Source of the DNA: Cyanidioschyzon merolae
Taxonomy: Eukaryota
Length of the DNA: 64,000 nt
Reading direction: 5' to 3' (one strand)
Assembly (NCBI GenBank): GCA_000091205.1
Contig: AP006501.2
Of this stretch, positions 43,464-55,424 are shown piece by piece. Within the stretch, counting starts at the first letter, position 1; every line of letters starts with the position of its first letter. Below the pieces are notes generated by a model, which saw only the letters and a list, made by a program, of their open reading frames with translations, searched no databases and was not told the DNA's origin. Both the position numbers and the translations under genes were made by a program.

Positions 43464-45956
43464 TTATCGTTCCGACCCCGACGCACGTGCGTGCCGCGAA
43501 CGGTAGCGGCATGGGCGCACATGTCGCGCTTTGGATGCGAGGCCGTCAGTGGACGCGTGTGCTTCACAGGGCGCGCTCGCTGACATGCTACGGAGGATGT
43601 GCAGCTCTCTAGGCGGGATTCTCGACGGTTTTGCGTCGGAGACACATGACGGGGCGAGACGACCCAGCCAGTGCCAAAGGCTTTGCTGGTGAAGACGTTT
43701 CACTCGATACAACTGTGCTTTGTGTTCGTGTAGCTGGGCATGGAGCTGCGCGTTTTTGTACTCGGCTGCCTTGGCTTCCCAGGAGAGGCGCTCTAATCGT
43801 TCAACAAGCCCAGTCCTTTGTCGTGAAAGAGCAACGATACATTTGGTGGCCTTTGTACGCTGCTGTGCCTCGCGCACGAGGCACTGCTGCAGCCGTAACC
43901 ATAGGCTGTAATAGTGGTTTGCGTAAAAAGCCCAGGATATGTAGAACAGGAGCCACATAGGCGGAAGAACGCGTACGTGCTGTTCGTGATCCTGTTTGCC
44001 CAGCAGCGGCAACTGATGCCGGCTTTCCACAGATGGCAATAGCTCGGGACGATTATGCCCACGGCGTATGCTCCGATGTGTGCAAACCGCGGGCCAATCT
44101 CGTGAATTAGACTGGCTGAGGTCTGGGGCGTCTGCGCTCTCAGAACGCGAGCTCGACTGATCCGTAACGAAAGAGTTCGAGCCGTCCGGATCAACAGGCA
44201 CCGCCTTTCCGACCCGCTGCCTCGTCGTCCATAGCGCCTTCTCGAGCTCTGCAATGCGTTCGTCGCGCTCCAGGAAGCGAGCTTGCATACAGAGTAGGTG
44301 CGTTGAAAGTTCCTCATTGGCAGCGCGAAGGGTGTCTACCTGTTGAGCCCGCATTTCCGCCTCCACATAGGACGATTGCAGCATCCGTATTATTTTCTGT
44401 TGCTGTTCACAATGAGCTTCCATCGAACTCAAAAGACGGCTCATCGCTGATTCGCGCTCGTTGAGGCTCTCCCGAGACGCACGGTACTCTCCAAGTACCT
44501 GAGCGATTTCACGGACCTCTTTCATCTTATCGACGAGTTGCTCTCGCAGTTCAACGTATTGCCGTCTCGACGTTATTAGAGCTTCTTGCAAATTGTGAAT
44601 CTGCTTATAGAGCGCTTGAGTTTGTGCCTCTGTAGCATCTATGGAAGAGGTTTCCTCCTGGACAGAGACCGGAGGCCACGCAGCAAGCGCTCCGGCGGAC
44701 GCATGAGCGAGCGCCGCTTTGTGCGGCTGCCCGAGGGATTCGTCCGTATCAGCGCGTGGCGTTGACATTGCCTGCAGGCACCCGATCGAGGCATGCTGCA
44801 GACTTGTGGTGGGTATCTGAGTTGCGTCTTTCGTGCCCTTGGCTGCATCGAGCGTGTGCGCTTCCGGGATACCGCCGGATGACGGCTGGCTACGAGCCGA
44901 GTCTCCAACTTGATCGCATATCTCAGCATCCGCGTGAAACGAGTTCGTCCAATGAGATGCGTCCTGCCCGTTCTCTTTTTCGCAGTTTGACAATGGATGC
45001 ACATCATCTAAGTCTTTCATGATCGCCGTGATGAACTCCTGATCCGTGCTCCCATCCAGGGCGCTAGGATCTGGTTTCGCATCCCTGGAGACGGCCGGAG
45101 GTCGTAAAAGCTGCTTGATCCGAAAGCCGTCCACGCGTGTCGAGCAGTTGGACCCCTCTGAAGTGCTCTGGTCTTTTTCTGGAACTTTCGGAGCCCCTGT
45201 GTGCAAAGCAAGCGCCGCTGTCGTCATCCTTTCTAGATCAGCGCTGTCTGTGATGGATTCTGAACCTGAGCAAAGCTGCTCTCGAAATACACGCTCGACG
45301 CTTGCTTCGGTACACTCGTGCTCGAGCTCAGTGATTCGACGATCCTGCGCTTCAGCTCGTTCCAGGAGAGCCGCAGCTATCCCCAGAGCCTGCTTTAGGC
45401 CGGCCTCAAGTAACAGAGCAGCCACAAGTGCTATCTGAGAGGCAACCACTGGACGATGCTCACGTTGAACAGCGGTCCGATAGTGCTGCAGACGCCCTGC
45501 TGAATCAAGCAGATATGGTACATAATGCATGGTCACGAGTTGTCGTCTAATGCTGTCCAGTGTCGGGAAACCAGTCAGGTCCCTTCGTTGCGGGAAAAGC
45601 TCCCGCTGAAACCCAAGTCCTGCGCAAGTCAAGGGTTGCATACAAATTCCTAATCTAGAAGGGTTTCCTATCTGTTCGGGCCCATGTTCTGCGAGCAGCA
45701 CCAGAAAAATTTCTTGATCATGGAGTGATTCTGGTATGCTGCTCTCTAGGCCACGAGCCAGCTGAGCGAGCGCTTCCGAGCGCTCCTGCAGCGGTGGTGC
45801 AAGCAACAAATTCAGCGGCTCACCGCGGTTCTGTTTCTGTGTGTTTCCCGAAAAACCAACTCCGGGACTTGCGCCAGGTTCATTTTCTTTCTCGTTAGTG
45901 CGGTAGGCTTCCAGGGTCTGAACGACACCATCGAAATCCGGTCCCATGAAAGACAT
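43464..45956 (-). CDS. hypothetical large coiled-coil protein with a hydrophobic segment near the C-terminus
   Basis: 830-aa uninterrupted ORF with a long heptad-like region (…LREQLVDKMKEVREIAQVLGEYRASRESLNERESAMSRLLSSMEAHCEQQQKIIRMLQ…) and a TM-like stretch MWLLFYISWAFYANHYYSLWL. No specific family recognised. Confidence 0.5.
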   Translation of the reverse strand: MSFMGPDFDGVVQTLEAYRTNEKENEPGASPGVGFSGNTQKQNRGEPLNLLLAPPLQERSEALAQLARGLESSIPESLHDQEIFLVLLAEHGPEQIGNPSRLGICMQPLTCAGLGFQRELFPQRRDLTGFPTLDSIRRQLVTMHYVPYLLDSAGRLQHYRTAVQREHRPVVASQIALVAALLLEAGLKQALGIAAALLERAEAQDRRITELEHECTEASVERVFREQLCSGSESITDSADLERMTTAALALHTGAPKVPEKDQSTSEGSNCSTRVDGFRIKQLLRPPAVSRDAKPDPSALDGSTDQEFITAIMKDLDDVHPLSNCEKENGQDASHWTNSFHADAEICDQVGDSARSQPSSGGIPEAHTLDAAKGTKDATQIPTTSLQHASIGCLQAMSTPRADTDESLGQPHKAALAHASAGALAAWPPVSVQEETSSIDATEAQTQALYKQIHNLQEALITSRRQYVELREQLVDKMKEVREIAQVLGEYRASRESLNERESAMSRLLSSMEAHCEQQQKIIRMLQSSYVEAEMRAQQVDTLRAANEELSTHLLCMQARFLERDERIAELEKALWTTRQRVGKAVPVDPDGSNSFVTDQSSSRSESADAPDLSQSNSRDWPAVCTHRSIRRGHNRPELLPSVESRHQLPLLGKQDHEQHVRVLPPMWLLFYISWAFYANHYYSLWLRLQQCLVREAQQRTKATKCIVALSRQRTGLVERLERLSWEAKAAEYKNAQLHAQLHEHKAQLYRVKRLHQQSLWHWLGRLAPSCVSDAKPSRIPPRELHILRSMSASAPCEAHASTDGLASKARHVRPCRYRSRHARASGSER

Positions 45957-46012
45957 GAACAGACCAACGCCCGAGCGGAGAAGGATTCGAAGTGCTCCTC
46001 AAAGGGCCCAAC

Positions 46013-46036
46013 GAGACACACACACACACACACACA
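46013..46036. repeat. (CA)11 dinucleotide microsatellite
   Basis: cacacacacacacacacacacc read directly, ~60 bp upstream of the coiled-coil gene start. Confidence 0.9.
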
Positions 46037-48890
46037 CCAAAACGTGCAACTCCTGTCCTGTAGAAGTTAGCAACGCTTTCGTTTATCCTTTGCGGAAGGC
46101 GCGTGCGCGTCGCTTCACGGGAGCACGACAGGCGACCCGCGTATCGACGCCGGCATCGCGTGTTGCGCTGTGGCGATTTGAAATCAGCGCGCGCTGCCGT
46201 GCCTCGCAATGGACGTGCCCTGCTAGACGCAGTTGACAACTCGATCTATCTGTATTTTTCTCGAGTTCCTTGAGGAACGGAAAATTCAGGAAGCAGACGG
46301 GACGTCCTGGTTTGGATTCGCATCCTAAGGTGTAGCATTCATGAGTCGCAGTAGAGGGTGGTATACCGCGCATGTCGACGTTAGACGGTAAAACGATCTT
46401 CGTTGCCCTCTGAATGCTTCTGCGAAGTGCGAGCCGCGGCGCAAATATAGGTCCAGGAGCCGAAGCAAACGAAAGAACTATCGAGTCTTAAAAAGCGAAT
46501 TTCGATGAAAATGGGGCAGTGAACTGCTCGTTCTCTTCGTGGCTATCGATATTTTTAGACATCGGTTTTCAAGAACATCCTCGATATTCTATGTGCAGCG
46601 AATAAGGATTGTCGGATTCAGATGCAGTTTTTTTCTTCGGATTCAAAGTCGAGTTTTTGGAGTGGCTCTTTCGATGCTTTGTCGCTAAAATTTGAGATGC
46701 TGCCAGCTTCAAGGCGATTCGCGACGCCCACGAACAAGCGATCGTAAGATGACCGATGCTCGTTTCCAAGTCAAATGTCCTTGGCTCTGCTCTTTTCCGT
46801 TCCTGACGTGTCCCATGCTCAAAGAACGCATTCTTCTAGGTTTCAATCGTTATATTTTCAACGAAACTCGTGGACGTTGCCATATCCGCTCATGGATTTC
46901 CGAAGGAAACTATGCAACGTCGTCTCGCGACGCGCTTTTGATAAGCTCACACCCAAAGTTCATGGAGCGCGCACACGTCAAATAAACGATTCCGTTCGGA
47001 AGACATATCCTCCTGTGTCGGTGGCAATTGCCGAAACTGCACGCGACAGCAGCATTATCTCTCTCACCGCTTACGTTAGATTAGGCTCCCGGCTCTTCTG
47101 TTTGCACGGGAAATGGCCGTGGACTCGAACTTGCGGCCTAGCAGCGATTGCTTCCAATGGAGCATGTGTCAGCGATTGCAGGAAATTAGCGTAGACGGAT
47201 CGGAATTTCTGGATTTGGTCTCCATCCAGGTTTTTCCTCCCAGTACTTGTTTCATCCTAGACAGCATCGCGTGCCACAAATCCTCTGTCGAATGGAACCT
47301 CGTTCGCTCGCAGCAGACAGCGTGCTCGCCAACGGAAGCGCCCTGAATACACCTCTGATCATACGATATAGCGCAGGGAATGGAAGCGAAAAGCCTTGAG
47401 TAGCGCCCTCTGTACACTGCAAGGGCATGTATCGCGTGACGAAAGCGAGCCTGCCCAGGCCATGGGTGGTCCTCGGAGCAGGAGCACGTGCGGTGGACCA
47501 ATTGGAACACCTCACAACTGCCAAGTGTCACCGTTGCAAAGTGCGCAACGAGGCTGTACGCAAAGAATATGAAAATCGCCAGCGGAACATAGACTGGAAC
47601 TTCCGCCCGTGCAGTGTATGCGTCGACAGCCGCCAGATGCTGCGAAATTCGGATGATAACGCTGCCACCAATATCCGTCGACTGCTGACACGCGAGCCGG
47701 ACTCAAACAAGCGGGTGGTTATTGAAAGCCGGATCTTTGAGATAAGAAACCGAAGCTGGCGTGGAAATCCGCCTCAAAGGCTGGTGTTGACGGCAATTGC
47801 AAGACATCCAAACGTTGTTATGCACGCTCACATTGGGGGGGGGGACCTATTCCTTGCTACTCAGATGCATTTTTGTTGTGGACGCCCAAGTCAGCAAAGG
47901 GGACTCTTTCCATTTTATTCTGACGTGGAAATAGGTTTGGGTGAGCGAATAACGCGCCGAAAGTCGATATTAATCGCGTACCCAGGTCAGTCTGGCTCGG
48001 TGCATCGTTTCTAAACCGCAAAACCAGGACCACACACCTGTGGTATCCGGGGGAAGCTGCTAGTGCCGCAAATCATTTACACCGCATAGAATTCGCCGGG
48101 CAGTCTGATACGTATGTTTCAGGGCCAGAGCAGGGGCTCTTCTGTGCCGAAGGCTTCACGGACATTACCTAACGAGACGCGAGCATACCACCCAGACACG
48201 TCCATGAAACCCATTCGACACGTAATGCGTGGATACCTGTCCCAGTTTGATTCACCCCCGCATGCACAGCATGCAATACGGAGCTGGTATCCGCAAACCG
48301 CATCCTCGAAAGCTTCTTCTTCTTCGTTGTCCTATTCACTTGTGAAAGTTATACAAAAGCGACCCGAATACTCCAACGCCTTGTTCTTCAAACGAAGGTG
48401 CAGCTCTCTTGTCCCGTGCTACGATCCGGTAAAGACGGATATCGCTCGAATCCGATGCAGCGACTGCAGGCGCCCGCGTTAGGAGTGCGCTCTCTCCATG
48501 GGACCAGCGTAAACGCAGCATCATCTTGAGGAGCATCGCACACTGGGTGCGTAAAGCGCGGGATACTGCAGATTGCCGCTGGTGCGAATCCAAGCCAATC
48601 TGGGCAATGATACGTGGTCTACGAATTCAAGTCAGGATGGAGCATGCTTCATGTGTGCTGCTCCCGAAAAGTCGCTTTTCTAACGCGGTCACTCGGTGCA
48701 CCTCGTCCTGCAAATCGGTGAAGCGACCCAGCGGCATCATTCCTCACAACCCTCTGGTCCTAACTTGATTCATTTGGAATCAGCGATACCATCGCCAGTG
48801 ACGCGCAACAAGCGCTTACACGTTCTACCGGCAATACGAGCAGCGAGCAGCTCTTCCGCGCTGCTACGTTTCACGTGCTAATTACCGCTC

Positions 48891-50486
48891 TCAGGGTGTT
48901 CGCCGGCGCCACCGAACGAGGCACGGAGGTTTGGGCCCCACCACCATCGCGGAATAGTCGGGAAGCGGCAGCGGACCTACGGGTTCCAGATCATAGTCCC
49001 GCAAGATGACACTCCAGATGGTCTTGATCTGGAGATAAGCGAACTGTTCTCCCATGCAAGCGTGACGGCCACCGCCGAATCCAATATGACTGAAAGGCAC
49101 GCGCTTATCCTCCTCGCGAGGCGGCGCGTACCGATCGGGATCATAACGATCGGGATCAGCGAAAACCTCCGGCAAACTCATCGCCAACGGAGGTGAAACC
49201 ACCACGATGTCACCTTTCGGAATGACGTAGTCACGGTAGGTTCGCGGAATGACGACCTCACGCATCAGGAAAATCAACGGTGGATACATGCGCAGTGCCT
49301 CTTTGATACACCGGTGCATCACATCCAATCGTAGCAGTGCATCGTAATCGATTTTGAAACAGCCGTCATCGTCGTACAATACCTGCTCCTGTTCGGCGCG
49401 CACGCGGGTAACGAGCTCCGGTTTCCGAAGCATCAATAATCCTGTCCAAGTGCCTGTGATGGTGCTCGTGTGCTGGCCCGCGAAAAGCACGGCAATAAGC
49501 AGGCCAGTGATTTGGTCGTCTGTGAGCCGCGAGCCGTCTCGATACTGCGAGTCCATAAAAACTTGTAAGACGTCGACTTCTTTCGCGGCCTCCAGCGCCT
49601 GTTGCGGGTCCTGCCCCACGCTCTCTGCCTGTGCTGCGATTTCCTGGTACCTCTTTCGTCGATTCGCGATGATGGACGCGAATAACCGACGCATCTCACG
49701 ACGGGCTCGATCGCGTTGCCAGTGCGCTTTACAGGGGAAATGCGGAGCGAAAACCGAAAGCGGCTGCATCCCTTGATCTAGCTGATGATAGAGGGTGCTC
49801 ACCTCTTCGAACAGTTGCTCGCGCACTTCCCGGCCCATTAGACAACGGGATGCAGTGAGAATGATCAACTCAGATAAGCTTTTCAAAAGATCAGCTGTAC
49901 CGTCAGTTCCATGCCAATGCCGCTTGAAGTATGTCTCTGCTTCCGCGACCATGAGCGGCACGTACTCCCGCAAACGCGCAGCCCGCAGAGCGGTTGATAC
50001 AAAGCGGAATTGCTCAAGGCGGATGGCGAGCGGCGCATCGTAGACGACTCCGCGGCCAAAGACCGGAACGGAGAACCCGTAAACTGGACCCTGATCCAGC
50101 TCGTCGTCATTGGCTCGGAAGAAAACCTCGTGCGCTCGGGGTCCCACCAGGAAAGTGAACCGCTTGGGCCCAACACGGAGCGTGAACACGTCCCCGAGTT
50201 GCGCATAGGCGCGCTTCGCCAGTTGGAGCGGGTTACGCGCAAACGCCGCGACGTTGCCGACAACCGGAAACCCTTCTGTGTACAGTGGCGGATAAGCAAG
50301 TTCCAAACCTTCGGCAGGTTTCGCTGGAGACAGCAACGTCGCCAAGGCCTGTGCTGCGCGAGTCATCAGCCAAACAAGAGCCGCTACACCCAACGCCAGC
50401 CAGCCGATAGCGTCGGTGTCGCCGTCACGGGCCCGAGCGAGTAACGCCTGAAACTGATTCGCAAGTGCTGCGAGGATGGTACCCAT
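48891..50486 (-). CDS. CYP51: sterol 14-alpha-demethylase (cytochrome P450 family 51)
   Basis: 531-aa ORF. N-terminal membrane anchor, CYP51 substrate-recognition blocks, and the haem-binding loop FGGGRHACMGEQFAYLQIKTIWSVIL. Confidence 0.92.
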   Translation of the reverse strand: MGTILAALANQFQALLARARDGDTDAIGWLALGVAALVWLMTRAAQALATLLSPAKPAEGLELAYPPLYTEGFPVVGNVAAFARNPLQLAKRAYAQLGDVFTLRVGPKRFTFLVGPRAHEVFFRANDDELDQGPVYGFSVPVFGRGVVYDAPLAIRLEQFRFVSTALRAARLREYVPLMVAEAETYFKRHWHGTDGTADLLKSLSELIILTASRCLMGREVREQLFEEVSTLYHQLDQGMQPLSVFAPHFPCKAHWQRDRARREMRRLFASIIANRRKRYQEIAAQAESVGQDPQQALEAAKEVDVLQVFMDSQYRDGSRLTDDQITGLLIAVLFAGQHTSTITGTWTGLLMLRKPELVTRVRAEQEQVLYDDDGCFKIDYDALLRLDVMHRCIKEALRMYPPLIFLMREVVIPRTYRDYVIPKGDIVVVSPPLAMSLPEVFADPDRYDPDRYAPPREEDKRVPFSHIGFGGGRHACMGEQFAYLQIKTIWSVILRDYDLEPVGPLPLPDYSAMVVGPKPPCLVRWRRRTP

Positions 50487-52984
50487 GATCTATCTTGGCA
50501 CTCAGTACAAGCCGTGTTCGACTATTCTGTCGTTCTGTGCGTCGATTACTCGCTATTTTTGCAGCGACGTCAATCAGACTAAGAATACCTAGTTGCGTAG
50601 GCAGGTACAAAGAGCGATACAGAACTGTCAAGGCCAGGGCCTCGCCTAGTGCCGATAACCAGTCGATACGAATGGTGCGGTGCGCGCTGTCGAGCACTGC
50701 TGTGCTGCGCTGCGCTGTGCTGCCGCGGCGGCGATGTCCACAGATGTGCGAAAAATTCCAGAGCGCCGCATCGAAAGCACAGCGGGCGCGCGTCTCTCAC
50801 GAATACCGTACGGGATCGCTGCATCTTCGGTGCGGAAGGCTCGAGTGCGCGCGATGGCGATCGGTTTTCAGGGCAGTCATCACTACTGCGATCCAGAACT
50901 TCAAAGTTCCACGATCCGCAAACAGGGCCTCATTTAGGACAAAGAGGCTTTAAGGGTTGCGCATTCGATATAGTATCCACTGTGGAGGAATTCTGCATCG
51001 GTGGGCAACCAAAGCACCTCTATCGCAATGTTCGTGTTCGTACGCGGGTTGCTGGGAGCATAAGCACCCTCGCAGTGAGCATACTGCGATTCCTGGACCC
51101 TCCAACGTAAATATTGGATCTATATGGAATTGTCTACCTTGACAAACTATCCTTCTGGAACGGCTTCCGCGGGACTCCGCGCGTCACCCACTACGCTGAG
51201 AAGCAGCGGCCTCGAATGAACTTGCGCTTGCACGAAGCGCCCTGAAAACAAACATCCAGCCGCGGCTTGGAGTCAGCCGAGCAGGCATAGAAGCGCATCA
51301 AAACTCGATCCGTCTAGGCCGCGAGCGCGTGTATGCATGATTTTCTTGGGCAGAGTGGCAACGTCCTTCACTTTGGTGGAAATGTTACGATTTATAGTGC
51401 AGACGAACGGAGAAAGCTGTTCTCCAGTGTAAGTCCTGTGTTAGATAGTGCCAGTAGGCTTTTTGGCGCGAAAGAGTCGAATGGCGCGCTCGAATGGCGA
51501 GACGAGGATCGAATCTGCGATCACAACACACCAGACGAGCGCTTTGGAGCATTTGGGAGCATCGGCATCCTCGCGGGTGCTTCTGTATCCGCAGAACGCG
51601 TACTGTGGAGCAGCTCAGCACGCAGGATGCCGCTGAATACCACCTCTGTTCTTCGAAAGAGAGTTTTGCTGAGGTTCATGGAAGCATGCAGCGTCTGTTA
51701 AGGAGAGATTCCAAGTTTTCCCTGGTTGCCTGCAGTATTCGCGCACAGGGAAAAAGGATTTGACTGATGGATCATTCACCGTAAAAAACTGCCTGTGCAG
51801 CACGCGGACGTTGCTGGGGAGCGTCCAGTTCCATTCGAAAAAGCAGCTCGCTAACAGATTCCGGAACCGGAGGACGCATACGGCAATATGTAGCGAAGGA
51901 ATCCGAGATCCTGTATTGTTTCTGCCATCGCATTGATGCGTCTGTGTTCGTGTCGATGACCGAGTCGTAGACACGGTATTCAAGTATGAAGTATACGCAG
52001 TAATAGAGAATCATGGGGTACCGTTGTCGTTCACCGAGTGCCCAGGACATATCCCCCAATGGAAACAATCGTCGCTCCGACCCCGGTTGGATTGCTGAAG
52101 CGCACCTAACCGGTACTTCACTGTGGCGAGAATCGGATTCCTTCGCTCCTGGATACTAATATTTAGCACCGAACGCCGGCAGTCGCTCAGCATGATGCCC
52201 ACGCTGCTCGCTAAACCATTCCCTGAAAAGCTCACTCGACAGGACGACGATGCGGAGCGCCCCTGCGAAGACTGGATATCGCTGCATGGGTGCACGTGCA
52301 CAAAAATGCCCAACGCTGTGTATGTATGGTACCACACCCTGTGGATCGCGCAGCACCAACAGGCACTTGTGCGCTTTTCTGCTTTGGTTTGCAAGATGAA
52401 ACCGTTTATATAGACGAATGCTGCGCGCGGCCCTTTGCACAACCAAATACAATGCTCTTCATGCCGTGTGAGAGACGCTTCGCTGTGTGTATTGCCATGA
52501 AATGAAAGCAATCGACTCTATGATGGTGAAGCTCGTTATGCTGATCGTCGCGGCTGCGCGGAATATTCCCGACAGCCTTGGAAACCGTGGCAGCGATGCG
52601 GTCTCAGAACTTCACGGTTCGCGAAATGCCCAGGTGACCATGAAGCAGCATGGTGTGACGAATGTGCTGTCGAATATGTTCGTCGCTGTTCGTGCTGGGC
52701 ATCATCGTGACGCGATTCCGGTCAAGGATCCCACTCGGGGGGAACAGCACTTCCTGTACAATGCCACAGGCGCCCGCGGATGACGCCCACAAGGTGTCTG
52801 CCTTTCGTGTCTGCCCGGATACGGATTTCTCCGGGCACCCAGATCCACCGAGGTCATACTTGGGGTAGCGAGCATGTATACTCCGTTTCGTATCTTCATC
52901 AAATAATCGGCATCGCACAGGAGTCCGCACGTTTGACGCTACGCGGGAGCGTCGGTATCACCGTTGTGGAGAAGCAACGACATC

Positions 52985-54736
52985 CTACCCTGTGCTATTC
53001 AGGTAGAGCTCACGGAGATACGTCAAAAGCCCGTGGTGGGCATCGGGAACATCCTTGAACGACGGGAAATAATTCAAATCCACAACATACAACGCACCGT
53101 CAACAACACTTCGAAGAACATCGAGCCCAAAAAGTGTCACATGCAAATTCTGCATGACGAGTCGTACGAGGCAGGCAGCGTCAGCCGGCGTCGGTGGCTC
53201 GGGATACCCACCGTCAGTGGCGATGCGGTCCGTGGCTCGAATTTGCGGCTCGGAGACAGCACACTTTCCAAAGTCGTATGTGTTCAGGATTCTATAACCT
53301 CGATCGGTGCCTCGTGGAATTGGCAACGTGCTTCGCGCATGAATAGACACCTGTTTGTCACTGCCAAGCACGTAAATCTTAAAGACAGCCTCACCGTGCG
53401 GGACGTACTCCTGGAGGTACACCTCATCACCAGCAAAGAGCCTGCTCGCATTCGAGTCTCGATGGTGTCGGGAAGCAGGCTCTGAGGTGAGAAGCCTCTC
53501 GAGACCATCCTCATCATAGACCAAAGCAATGTCATGGGAGGAACGCGGTCCACATGCAGTTCGCCGTTTCACTACAAGTGGAAAATGCATCTTCGCTAGT
53601 CGGCAGGCCTGTAGCCAGGGTATCGCACGCTGGAATTCGATGGTTCCCCATTTCGTTTCGTAGAACGAACCCTCTATATCAAGATCCGCATCACGTCTCG
53701 ACGCTGTCTCAGGACAAGGATTTGTTGCGGGATCAGTCAGGCCGCCCGATACAGGGCCCTGCTCACAGCCAGCAGGCCCCGCGGCTCCGCCGTTGCCAAA
53801 CCTAGCATTCAGCGTCGTACGCTGTTGTCGGGTGAACGCTTCACTAGCTGCTCTGGAAAACGTCCGTGCACCACGGTCCGCGGAACCCGCACACCATTTT
53901 GTTAGGCGAATCACAGAGCTGTGACCGTCTAGAATACCGCTGGCACCAGCAAGCGTCCCATGCTCATCAGCGGCCTGCTCTGATGCGAGCAAATGGTCCA
54001 AAACACTGCTAAATAGCGTGCGATCCGTCAACGTCCAAACAGCGTCCACAGGGTCGACAATAACTGGTCTTCGACCACGAATGCGCTTCTGTACTGCGAA
54101 CGCTTTGAAGCTACGTTCGAGCGCTGCCAGCCTCCGCTGTGCGTTCTTGTCGCCTCGTTGCGCCATTACCATATCATCGGTACGTTTGTGGATCACCATA
54201 TCCCAACATTCTGGACAATAAGCAAGGGGTTCTCGCTGTTTCTTTTGATTGTTTTCGAGGGCATACGGACCTTCTTCGAGATCCATCTCCACCAGGAGAA
54301 TAGGTCTCAGAAAAGCTCTTTGATACTCAGTATTCGCGTTTGCCTCCGCTGATGTTTGAAAGCGTTCTTCCTCACATAATGCAAGCTGTTGAAGAACGTC
54401 GAAAAAAGGCTTCTGCTTCTTTGTGTTGCAAGTATACGCAACAACGATGGGAGCCTGGACCCCTTCAGTGCGCACCAAACAGGTACGCATATGCCCTTCC
54501 GTTTTAGAAGCCTGGCTTGGGAGCAGCGTCGCAGGTTTTATCGCTTCGGCGCCAGGTACAGCTGCCTGTGGTGAGGTATCCGCGTTTTCACTCTTACCGT
54601 CCTCGTCTGGCGTTCGCTTGACCAGGTCGGGGCGCTCGCGGCCTGTTCGACAGCGCTCTAGCGAGGTACGCGCTCGACGCGCCTCTGCAGACGCGCCTTC
54701 TCGACGCCGCGACAGACCCGTGGTGGCCGGCATCAA
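52985..54736 (-). CDS. ITPK1: inositol-tetrakisphosphate 1-kinase / inositol 1,3,4-trisphosphate 5/6-kinase (ITPK1, ATP-grasp) with N-terminal extension
   Basis: 583-aa ORF. ATP-grasp kinase blocks LQEYVPHGEAVFKIYVLG and LFGLDVL...ALYVVDLNYFPSFKDV, plus the ITPK1 N-domain PVIVDPVDAVWTLTDR. Confidence 0.82.
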   Translation of the reverse strand: MMPATTGLSRRREGASAEARRARTSLERCRTGRERPDLVKRTPDEDGKSENADTSPQAAVPGAEAIKPATLLPSQASKTEGHMRTCLVRTEGVQAPIVVAYTCNTKKQKPFFDVLQQLALCEEERFQTSAEANANTEYQRAFLRPILLVEMDLEEGPYALENNQKKQREPLAYCPECWDMVIHKRTDDMVMAQRGDKNAQRRLAALERSFKAFAVQKRIRGRRPVIVDPVDAVWTLTDRTLFSSVLDHLLASEQAADEHGTLAGASGILDGHSSVIRLTKWCAGSADRGARTFSRAASEAFTRQQRTTLNARFGNGGAAGPAGCEQGPVSGGLTDPATNPCPETASRRDADLDIEGSFYETKWGTIEFQRAIPWLQACRLAKMHFPLVVKRRTACGPRSSHDIALVYDEDGLERLLTSEPASRHHRDSNASRLFAGDEVYLQEYVPHGEAVFKIYVLGSDKQVSIHARSTLPIPRGTDRGYRILNTYDFGKCAVSEPQIRATDRIATDGGYPEPPTPADAACLVRLVMQNLHVTLFGLDVLRSVVDGALYVVDLNYFPSFKDVPDAHHGLLTYLRELYLNSTG

Positions 54737-55424
54737 TGAGCTCCGCTTCCGATGTAAACGTTATCCATAAAAACTTACAGAGTAAAGCCTCAAGTGTGCT
54801 GAAAGGTTGAATACGACCTCACTTTCACTTAAAGTAGGATCAAACCCGCAGCACCGGTGCGCAACTTGTCAAAAATTGTCGAGCTCCGGGAACTCACCAC
54901 GGCTCTGTTACAGTGAGCAAGATGCGTCCGTGCGTCCAACAAGAGACTCGTGGTCAAGTTGTTTATCCGATCGAGTAACGAAGACACGCTCGGGCGAAAG
55001 AAAGCGCTTCAAGAAGAGGCTGTGTATTCGGGATATTACAATTGGTGTACACCGTTTTGAAGGGGCATGCGCGATACCGATACCCATACAGCGCGATACA
55101 GCGATGACGAGAACCTGGTGCGTCGCTGAAGCTAAAGTTTGGGCCTCTTCAGAGCTGTTCACTAGTGCTGCTTGCTTGCACTATGGGGCATGCGTCAGCG
55201 AGACATGAGCAACTGCTAGGCGGGAGCGCGCTGAACGACGACCGCCATAGACGCTTTACGGTTCGTGCACTTCCCAGCTTGTCTTACGCTCATGCGAGAC
55301 TATGAAGGGATGGGTCCAGCAACTCGGATACACACTCTAAAGTTGGTATCTCTTGCTATTATCGTCAAGACAAGGCTTCTCGGGGTTTTCTGAGACAACA
55401 TCTTTTTCATCTTCCTTACCTTTC

